From positions 1 to 51,115 of the forward strand of contig JBKHIT010000034.1 of assembly GCA_046538485.1 (NCBI GenBank): a stretch of DNA of 51,115 nt, given 5' to 3'. The translations under genes and the position numbers were made by a program. This DNA is from Candidatus Brocadiia bacterium (GTDB lineage Bacteria > Planctomycetota > Brocadiia > SM23-32). This document shows, in pieces, positions 1-6,854 of this stretch (positions are counted from its first letter, which is position 1; every line of letters begins with the position of its first letter). The notes under the pieces were generated by a model, which was not told the DNA's origin, searched no databases, and saw nothing but the letters and a program-made list of their open reading frames with translations.

Positions 1-5
1 GCGAG

Positions 6-110
6 CGCGGCAAGCTTGCCGCGGCGAACACAGTTCGCGCGTTCCGCCGGCACGTGCCCCGCACCGCTAGCCCCGGGCTCCCCCAAACAGCCCGGGATCG
101 CCCGGGGCTA
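6..110. repeat. REP-like palindromes
   Basis: Perfect 18-bp palindrome CGCGGCAAGCTTGCCGCG (6-23) and inverted repeat TAGCCCCGGGC (68-78)/GCCCGGGGCTA (100-110). Confidence 0.6.
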
Positions 111-236
111 CGTCTGATCCGGCCCTACGGGCCTCTTTTGGAAGGGCACTCGACACGCTAAACGCGTACACCGCTTCAGCGGTCCGTTGCGTCGGAACAC
201 ACGGAAAGCCCAGGATAAAAGGCGCAGCGACACAGG

Positions 237-285
237 GGTGAGTAAAACGTCCCGTCGGTCCGTTTTAACACACCGCAATCCAGAG
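237..285 (+). repeat. REP-like hairpin, copy 1 (unoccupied IS110 target-like site)
   Basis: 41 bp (237-277) identical to 2331-2371; arms GGTG..TAAAACG / CGTTTTA..CACC; tail CCGCAATCCAGAG. Confidence 0.8.
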
Positions 286-381
286 CGCGCCGTTGGCGCG
301 CGGGACATCCCACGGGCCGGTCGCGTCGAGATTCCGGGGTTGCGGGAAGTGTCTCGTGCCGCAAGACGCAGCAGTTTTGTG

Positions 382-486
382 GTGGGCCTTCAGCCCACTT
401 TTTTCTCAACGCCCATCTGTACCCCAGGGCTCCGACGACCTTCAGGCGTCTGCACCCCGGGCTGGTATATGCAGCCCTTTCAGGGC
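382..486 (+). repeat. Composite REP-like element (GGGCCTTCAGCCC ... GCCCTTTCAGGGC family)
   Basis: Short terminal hairpins flank a CCCAGGG..CCCGGG arm; a related copy lies on the opposite strand at 37121-37237. Confidence 0.6.
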
Positions 487-588
487 AATGAACGGCAGGG
501 CGTGCTCGGCGATAACCCCCTGCATTTGCGTGGCATCGCGGATACGTGGAGGCCCGGTGGGTTCTGGGAGATCTGTGGGCTGATGAGC

Positions 589-788
589 CGCGTTCTGAAC
601 CCCAGCCCCGCACAGCGGCGCTGAAGTCCAGCCCGCTTGCGGGGAACGGAGACTCGAGTTCAGCTGAGACCGCCTCCGGCGGGCGAAACTGGACTTGAGA
701 CGGACAATTGCCGAAGAATGTAAATGCGCCAATCCCAAGGAAATCGACCGCGTTCTTAACTCCAGCCTGCGGCTGAAGTCCAGTTCGA
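589..788 (+). repeat. Bipartite palindromic repeat, modules A-B-A
   Basis: Module A CGCGTTCTGAAC.CCAG[stem]CTGAAGTCCAG at 589-650 and 749-788; module B GACTCGAGTTCAGCTGAG[stem]CGAAACTGGACTTGAG.CGGACAA at 651-707; recurs at 18038-18514 and 48565-48715. Confidence 0.75.
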
Positions 789-1065
789 TTGTCTGTCAAC
801 GGTTCAGTTGCGAGGGACTCCAGCGTTCCCAGGATAGGGAACGGGATCCGGGATGGCTGAGTCCAGCATTCTGTTCCGAAGAAAAATTAAGGAATTTGCG
901 CTCGGTCCGACGGCAAAGTCCGCCGGGATTTTCTGGAAATGTCCGGCTACCGGGCAGCGAAAAGGCCTCCAGCGCAAATTCCTCGAAAGAGGATTTTGTG
1001 GAGGGGGCTGTAATGCGGTATGCTATTCAGAGAAAGAGAAAAAGATCTGAGCCGGGAGGGAAATT

Positions 1066-1938
1066 TTGTCTGATCTTCCTCAGGACAGCGATACCCCGGC
1101 GTTGTCGCAGCTGCGGATACCGTTCGGGCTCAATGAAGAAGGGGCTTGTGTGCGTCCGGCGGACGCTGAGCGGTCAGGCTGTTATTTCTGCCCCGAATGC
1201 GGGGAAGCGCTCATTCTGCGGCGCGGTGAGATTAGAGTTTCTCATTTTGCCCATTACGGCGACCCAAATTGCCGTCTGGCAGGGGAACGCTGGATGCATG
1301 TGGCGGCGAAATATGTCCTCAAGGATGCCATTAGGCGAGCGAGCGAGGGTGCTGGCCCTCAAGTGCGGCTCCTCCGGCGGTGCCCGATCTGCAAATCTCG
1401 AAAAATGCAGAACGTGCCGGCGCGTATTTCCGAAGTGGAAATTGAATACAAACTTAAAAACGGGCGGGTGGCAGACCTGGCGCTGTTCGATTCAGAGCAA
1501 AGGTTGGCGTGCGTGGTCGAAATCCGCCGTTCCCACGAAGTCGACACGCGGAAACAGACTGATTTAGAGGGTCTTCCCTGGGTGGAACTGGCGGCGGGCG
1601 AGGTTCTGAAGAACCCCCAGCTGTGGTTTCCGTTGAAAACCAACGGGCTTCGGAAATTTCGCTGTCTCTGTGAGGGTGCCACACGTATGCGGACGGTCCG
1701 GCGGACCTTCGGGTTGCACGTCCCCCAATGTCCACTGGCGGTCGGCTTGCCCCCGGGCCAGTCGCATCGCAATACCGTCTCCGACTGTCGGTCGTGTCCG
1801 TTTATGAGAAAGATATGCGAGATCGCCGGCGAATCCGCGCGGGAAGTCATCGTCCTCTGCGAAGGGATTACCAGCCGGGGCGCCAGCCGAGCAGCAGAAA
1901 TCGGCCCCTCTGGCATGTCCTCCAGGGCGAATCGCTGA
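1066..1938 (+). CDS. Competence protein CoiA-like PD-(D/E)XK nuclease with Zn-ribbon
   Basis: YFCPECGEALILRRGEIRVSHFAH, GERWMHVAAK, EYKL..RVADLAL..VVEIRRSH; GGGAGG RBS before TTG start. Confidence 0.7.
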   Translation: MSDLPQDSDTPALSQLRIPFGLNEEGACVRPADAERSGCYFCPECGEALILRRGEIRVSHFAHYGDPNCRLAGERWMHVAAKYVLKDAIRRASEGAGPQVRLLRRCPICKSRKMQNVPARISEVEIEYKLKNGRVADLALFDSEQRLACVVEIRRSHEVDTRKQTDLEGLPWVELAAGEVLKNPQLWFPLKTNGLRKFRCLCEGATRMRTVRRTFGLHVPQCPLAVGLPPGQSHRNTVSDCRSCPFMRKICEIAGESAREVIVLCEGITSRGASRAAEIGPSGMSSRANR

Positions 1939-1978
1939 GTTGGAGTCTGCCCGTGGTGTCTACTCATGGTTGGTCGTT

Positions 1979-2006
1979 TTCTCCGCCTCAAGTCCAGTTA
2001 CGCCCG
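1979..2006 (-). repeat. Partial module B repeat
   Basis: Minus strand reads CGGGCGTAACTGGACTTGAGGCGGAGAA, matching the 3' half of module B. Confidence 0.65.
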
Positions 2007-2049
2007 ACTCGATTGAGCCGCGCCTCGACCGCAACAAAAAGAGGACACG

Positions 2050-2280
2050 TCAGAATTCCGCGAACTTCCGGGTCCAGCTTTGCATAGGTACTTCGGCTGG
2101 GTGCATCTCGCTGTTTTTGTAATGGCCTCGGTGCTCCTGTCGCGATATCCAGCGGGCCGAGCCGTCGAAGAACGCGCCATTAACTCCTTCGAGGTCATGC
2201 GACCAGCCCTGGTCATATTTGTTGGAGTAGGGTCCGTTATTGGCAAAGGGGGAATACCACGGGGGGCCATCTCGGCCCAC
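2050..2280 (-). pseudogene. C-terminal fragment of a prepilin-type / H-X9-DG (DUF1559-like) protein
   Basis: WSHDLEGVNGAFFDGSARW resembles the H...N.xF.DG motif; no prepilin N-terminus upstream. Confidence 0.55.
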
Positions 2281-2328
2281 AGAGGGTGGAGAAGTTGAGG
2301 CTAATCGTAGGCATTTCGGAACGATACA

Positions 2329-2375
2329 GCGGTGAGTAAAACGTCCCGTCGGTCCGTTTTAACACACCGCACTCC
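2329..2375 (+). repeat. REP-like hairpin, copy 2 (IS110 insertion site)
   Basis: GCGGTG-AG-TAAAACG...CGTTTTA-ACA-CACCGC then ACTCC; similarity to copy 1 stops after CC 2374-2375. Confidence 0.8.
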
Positions 2376-2387
2376 TACAGTTATGCT
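2359..2387 (+). promoter_or_regulatory. Hybrid sigma70-like promoter across the target/IS junction
   Basis: TTAACA (2359-2364, in the REP), 17 bp, TATGCT (2382-2387, in the IS left end). Confidence 0.5.
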
Positions 2388-2393
2388 GTTGTG

Positions 2394-2635
2394 TAAATGA
2401 CAAATGTACCCTATGCATTAGGGGATGCGCGGGGGGCTGCGCAGCTCCCCGCGCGCGATGGATCCGGAGCGCCGGTAGGGCCTCCGCACTCTGCTGCGGT
2501 TAAGACAGCTACTTTGGTCAGCACCCCCGGCCTCCGATCCCTCGCAGAGTGTCCTTCAGAAGAAGCCCATCCGCCTTAAAACAGCGGATAGGGCCGATGT
2601 AGGAGAACTTGCTTGCGAGGCGGTAGATCCACCGT
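2394..2635 (+). ncRNA. Putative IS110 bridge RNA (seekRNA)
   Basis: 5' hairpins (2409-2423, 2427-2454) then two arms with large internal loops (2465-2536, 2540-2620) closed by TGGATC/GATCCA. Loop segments CCGCACTC (2484-2491), CTTTGG (2512-2517) and TGTAGG (2598-2603) match the target and donor junction sequences. Ends approximate. Confidence 0.75.
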
Positions 2636-2680
2636 TTGCTCTCTGCGCCCTTTTTCCTCCTGAATACAGGAGAATGACCA

Positions 2681-2760
2681 ATGTTAGAGGTCGGTATCGA
2701 TTGGGGACAGAAAAGCCCTAATGCATTCGCGATTCTCGCCGAAAATGGGAAACCTTGTCA
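2681..2760 (+). pseudogene. IS110 recombinase (DEDD RuvC-like) N-terminal fragment
   Basis: VGIDW motif with first catalytic Asp; the ORF (to 2887) runs into unrelated sequence after about 25 aa. Confidence 0.7.
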
Positions 2761-2854
2761 AAAAGGGATCCGTGCAGCGCCCCGCAGATACAGGCGGACA
2801 AAGACAGCCGCAAATGCAGCCGCTCGAATCCAGATCCGTATTTTCAGACAGAGC

Positions 2855-4189
2855 CTAAACGCCTCCGTCCTGGAGTTGTTGAGGTAGTCGATTGGGAAGC
2901 CCGATTACGTCTTCACATATATGGCCTGCCTTTTCAAAAGTGACGGGCAGGTTGGGCGATATGAAGACGTAGAATTTCCAGAGTGCACGATGTTGGTCCT
3001 GGAGGAGTTGTATTTCTGCGCTGTTAAGGTCGGAAAAACGTTCCGTTTTCCCGGGGGCCGAAACGACAGGCACATTGGCTTCCTTTAACGCCATTTCTTG
3101 CGGTGCGCAGTAGATGCCAACCTGATATTTGGAACCTCCCAGACGCTCTGCGATCTGTTGTTCGGCCTGGCCTCGTGCGTCTGCTTCGTTCAGATGGTAC
3201 TTGGCCACAAGTTCTTTCAGCTCCTCTGCATCTATCTTATCGCTCAGCATGTAGCAGCGTTTGAAGAGATCTCGTGCCTGGAATGCTTCAAGCAAATTGC
3301 GCAAACCGGGATCGCGTCCATAACGATCGAGCAGATAAAAAATCATCCCCTCATCTGTAAGACTGTAGAGTTCTGACTCATCCATACCATTGGCAAAAGC
3401 TCGTTCAATCGCCTTGGAGATCATAACTCCGCAGGCGATTTTCGCATGATGGTAGTAAACCCGTTCGCTGAGCACGTAGCGGATCCGCAGCAGGTTGGTA
3501 ACTTCGCTGAGTGCATCGTACCGGAAAATGCCCTGATGGTGAAGCTTAAGCATTAACCGGCCGTCCTGGATGGTGAAATAGTGAAAGACGCGCTGATCAT
3601 ATTGACGCGAGAGCCCGCAGAAATAATTATCTCGTTTGAGATAATCGAGCAGATCGGCGCAGATTGTGCCGCTGACGATATCTTGAAGCCACTGCTGGTC
3701 AGGCGGCAGCTCCCCGGATGGGTCGAGGATTCTAAGGGCTCGTCGCCCGGCTTCCGTGGTAGCCAATCGATGGCCCAATTCACTTTTCAAAAGAAAGTGG
3801 TCGAAACGTTTCGCACTCTTATCGTGCCGGCTTAGAATTTTGCGCTCATCTTCAAACGTATGCCCGAAGGGAATATGGGTTACGTCGTGAACGAGTCCAG
3901 CAAGAGCCGCCGTCTTTTTGAGGGTTTGCGCGATAGGCTCTGCCAGCTGTTTTTCAATATGCCCGAGAAGTTGTTTAGCCATCCAGCAGGCGCCGATGGA
4001 ATGCTCGAAGCGGGTATGTTGTGCAGAGGGGTAGACGAGAAAAGCGGCTCCGAGCTGATGGATGCCGCGAAGCCGCTGCATGGTTGGAGTGTCGACAATC
4101 TCGATCTCCTGCGCCGTCAGGTGGATGTCTTTATGGACGGCGTCTCGGAGTTTTTTGCCTTTTTGGCTGGGTGACTCCTTTTCGGGCAT
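2855..4189 (-). CDS. HD-domain phosphohydrolase (dNTP triphosphohydrolase/YwfO/SAMHD1-like)
   Basis: RDAVH, QRLRGIHQLG, HTRFEHSIG, LVHDVTHIPFGHTFE, ADLLDYLKRD, VYYHH. Confidence 0.85.
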   Translation of the reverse strand: MPEKESPSQKGKKLRDAVHKDIHLTAQEIEIVDTPTMQRLRGIHQLGAAFLVYPSAQHTRFEHSIGACWMAKQLLGHIEKQLAEPIAQTLKKTAALAGLVHDVTHIPFGHTFEDERKILSRHDKSAKRFDHFLLKSELGHRLATTEAGRRALRILDPSGELPPDQQWLQDIVSGTICADLLDYLKRDNYFCGLSRQYDQRVFHYFTIQDGRLMLKLHHQGIFRYDALSEVTNLLRIRYVLSERVYYHHAKIACGVMISKAIERAFANGMDESELYSLTDEGMIFYLLDRYGRDPGLRNLLEAFQARDLFKRCYMLSDKIDAEELKELVAKYHLNEADARGQAEQQIAERLGGSKYQVGIYCAPQEMALKEANVPVVSAPGKTERFSDLNSAEIQLLQDQHRALWKFYVFISPNLPVTFEKAGHICEDVIGLPNRLPQQLQDGGV

Positions 4190-4250
4190 GCTGCGTGTCT
4201 CAGATGGTCAGGAACGGTGTTCAAAAGTTTGAAATGGCCACTTGCGGGTT

Positions 4251-4925
4251 TCAGCTTTCCGAGGAAGCGTCGAGTTCTTCCAAATCGGGCAGTTCTCTCA
4301 AAGAGGAGAGCCCGAAGGCTTCCAGGAAATCCGATGTGGTTCCGTAGAGCAAGGGGCGTCCGAGTTCTTCGCCACGACCGGTAACCCGCACCAATTTCTT
4401 CTCGATGAGTGATCGAAGAATATACCCGCTTTGGACCCCCCGGATGTCTTCGATATCGGCTCGAGTAATCGGTTGCCGATAAGCGACGATTGCGAGAGTC
4501 TCGAGTGCTGCCTGGCTCAGAGAACTTTGTTCTTGAGTGGTGCGCAGTTTGGAGATCCACGGATTAAATTCGGCGCGGCTCAGAAGTTGAAAACCGCCTC
4601 CAATTTCCTCGATATTAAATGCGCGAGGTACTTCCTCGTATTCGTTTTGCAATTCTTTAATCAGGGATCTGGCAGTATTCCCGCTTTCCAGTCCTACCAG
4701 GTTGGCGATCTTAGTGCTACTGAGGGGCTCGGTGGCGGCAAAGAGGATAGCTTCAACGAGAGCTTTCTGTTCCTGGTGGTTTAGCTCCCCGGGCGCAGGC
4801 TCTTGCTGCTCTTCTTCATTCTGTTGCTTTTCAACCCCGCGAGCTTTCTCAATCGGGATAATTCGCTCCGATTCCTCGTCGGATGCCTGGTTCTGTTTTG
4901 AGTCCTGATTTTCGTTTTCGGACAT
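4251..4925 (-). CDS. scpB: SMC-Scp complex subunit ScpB
   Basis: VEAILFAA, LSQAALETLAIVAYRQPITRADIEDIRGV, GRPLLYGTT..FLEAFGL. Confidence 0.95.
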   Translation of the reverse strand: MSENENQDSKQNQASDEESERIIPIEKARGVEKQQNEEEQQEPAPGELNHQEQKALVEAILFAATEPLSSTKIANLVGLESGNTARSLIKELQNEYEEVPRAFNIEEIGGGFQLLSRAEFNPWISKLRTTQEQSSLSQAALETLAIVAYRQPITRADIEDIRGVQSGYILRSLIEKKLVRVTGRGEELGRPLLYGTTSDFLEAFGLSSLRELPDLEELDASSES

Positions 4926-4955
4926 TGTAGTTTTAATGGGGAAATGTCAGCGGTA

Positions 4956-5837
4956 TCATGGATTTCGTCCCGATGCTTTTGTCCCGTAGAGTCGGTTGGT
5001 TTCGCGAACGATACGCCTGATTGCTTTTGCGGCCGCCGTGGTAGTTGCGCGGCTGGTGATGGTGGCCCCGGTCAAAGCGTCAACTGTGCCTCCATCCTGG
5101 ATCACTTCGAGATCGGAAAGCTTCTTGCCAGTAAATTGTTCTTGAAAAGCCGGGCGTTTGCCTTTGCCATTGCCACTTTTGCCAAGAATGGCTTCCCAAA
5201 GTGTTGCATCCGGTGTTTTTTCTTTGATACGTTCGCCCAGCCCGGGTGTTTCATTCGAAGTGACAACAGCCACACGGAATATTGAAGGGTTTTTACTTGC
5301 TGGGCGTTCGACAGATTTTGCATCTATGGCAGCCATGACTGTGACGCGGCTCTGATATCCCTGCTCAGATCCGGTTGCGGCGTAGCGTACACCGGTTCGG
5401 GTTTTTAGAATAAACAGGGGATCATGGGTCTGTATCAGTTTAAAATTCTGCTGGAAGGATTTCGGCACAATATACGTTTTGTTCGCAGCGGGGCTCCCAA
5501 CGGTAATTGCATCTGCTGGTGGATTTTGACCGGCTCCGAGCGGTTTTAAAACCGGAATCGCAACATATTTCTCACCAGTTTCAGTTTGCAACATGATTTT
5601 ACCATCTTCTGGGATGTCGACTTGTGATGGCCAGGAGACCACGACTTCGAGTTCTCCGATAGTAGCAAGGGCCTTTTTCATAGCATCAATAAAGGCGCGC
5701 ATGTCGTTTTTGGAGATACGGGCCTGGGTATTTTGATACAGGACAGCGAGTGAAGCGCCGCTGGCGAGGCAGACGCACATCAAAATGCTGCCATAGACCA
5801 GAATTTTCTTCAAAGTGCCGGGTTTTTTCTGATTCAT
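4956..5837 (-). CDS. rnfG: Rnf complex subunit G (FMN-binding), with insertion
   Basis: N-terminal TM helix, GYQS, ETPGLG, VDALTGATITS flavinylation motif; overlaps the rnfD stop. Confidence 0.85.
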   Translation of the reverse strand: MNQKKPGTLKKILVYGSILMCVCLASGASLAVLYQNTQARISKNDMRAFIDAMKKALATIGELEVVVSWPSQVDIPEDGKIMLQTETGEKYVAIPVLKPLGAGQNPPADAITVGSPAANKTYIVPKSFQQNFKLIQTHDPLFILKTRTGVRYAATGSEQGYQSRVTVMAAIDAKSVERPASKNPSIFRVAVVTSNETPGLGERIKEKTPDATLWEAILGKSGNGKGKRPAFQEQFTGKKLSDLEVIQDGGTVDALTGATITSRATTTAAAKAIRRIVRETNRLYGTKASGRNP

Positions 5838-6850
5838 GATTGTTTGTTTGCAGTTTCAGGACTTCGTGACCCGTAAATTCGTGGCCGAACCCATCTGTCG
5901 ATCAATGGAGTTGCCGTATTCATGATAATGATCGAATAGGCTACCCCTTCGGGATAACCTCCATACAGCCGTATGAGTGCCACAAATGTTCCACAGCCGA
6001 GGGCAAAGATGATTCTTCCGGTTGGTGTAACTGGAGTTGTAACCATATCGGTGGCCATAAAAAATGCGCCGATAAATAGACCACCGGAAAGAATGTGATA
6101 GAGAGGATCATTGATCCAGGCCGGAGCACTTTTGGAAGCCGGAAGAAAAGCGGTCAAGACGAATACAGTCCCGATGTAAAACAGAGGGACGCGCCAGTCC
6201 ACGCGGTTACGGATAATAAGGTAAATCCCGCCAATCAAGAGGGCGAGTTTGCAGGTTTCACCGAGTGAGCCAGAAATCCCGTTTCCGAAGAAAAGATCAA
6301 AATAATCGGGCGAGAATCCTCCACCTCCTTCGGCAAGAGGGCTCGCCTGCGTCATGGCGTCAATGTTGCCACCCGGGAAAAGCATCCTGGGAACAAGCCA
6401 CTCTGACTTACTGATTTCGGTCGGGTAAGCAAATTGCACGAATATACGACCGGCCAGAGCCGGATTCCAAATGTTGTGTCCCAGCCCGCCGAAACAGTGT
6501 TTGGCGATTGTGATGGCGAAGAGCGATGCGACAACAACGCAATAGAGAGGACTGCCCGGCGGGAGAATCATTGCTACCAGCAAGCCCGTTACCACGGCAC
6601 TTCCATCACTGGCATCACTGAGTGGCTTTCCGCGCATTTGAAGGCAGAGTATTTCGGCAACTACTGCTGTTGCTATACTGGCTATGTAGAGCACCAGAGC
6701 CCGAAAGCCGAAGAAATAAATGCTCATCGCGATCGCCGGTGCGAGAGCAACCACAACACTCCACATGATTTTTGATATGCTGTCCGGCTCTCGCAGGTGG
6801 GGAGAGGCCTCAATCAGCAGCCGATTTTTTGTGTCGCCGTTTTTACTCAC
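5834..6850 (-). CDS. rnfD: Rnf complex subunit D
   Basis: ASPH, DGSAVVTGLL, FGGLGHNIWNPALAGR, GSLGET, FFMATDMVTTP, GGYPEGVAYS; GTG start chosen just after rnfC. Confidence 0.93.
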   Translation of the reverse strand: MSKNGDTKNRLLIEASPHLREPDSISKIMWSVVVALAPAIAMSIYFFGFRALVLYIASIATAVVAEILCLQMRGKPLSDASDGSAVVTGLLVAMILPPGSPLYCVVVASLFAITIAKHCFGGLGHNIWNPALAGRIFVQFAYPTEISKSEWLVPRMLFPGGNIDAMTQASPLAEGGGGFSPDYFDLFFGNGISGSLGETCKLALLIGGIYLIIRNRVDWRVPLFYIGTVFVLTAFLPASKSAPAWINDPLYHILSGGLFIGAFFMATDMVTTPVTPTGRIIFALGCGTFVALIRLYGGYPEGVAYSIIIMNTATPLIDRWVRPRIYGSRSPETANKQS

Positions 6851-6854
6851 TGTT

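Larger units (their letters stand above)
2374..2760 (+). mobile_element. Truncated IS110-family element (left end plus recombinase N-terminus)
   Basis: About 300-bp structured non-coding leader, AGGAG RBS, ORF starting MLEVGIDWGQK..AILAENGK; no right end or remainder of the recombinase seen. Confidence 0.75.

Noticed and set aside
486..590. RAYT transposase C-terminal remnant (LGDNPLHL)
   Set aside because: Only a 3-4 residue resemblance; no HUH motif or catalytic Tyr context.
108..1567. ORFs 176-799, 187-624, 442-738 and 695-1567
   Set aside because: They run through palindromic repeats or overlap the CoiA-like gene and have no recognisable motifs.
589..2006. Integron attC sites around a gene cassette
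   Set aside because: No RYYYAAC/GTTRRRY box arrangement, inconsistent orientation around the ORF and no integron integrase.
237..2371. Diversity-generating retroelement TR/VR pair
   Set aside because: The 41-bp repeats are identical, palindromic and non-coding, without adenine-specific differences; no reverse transcriptase in the window.
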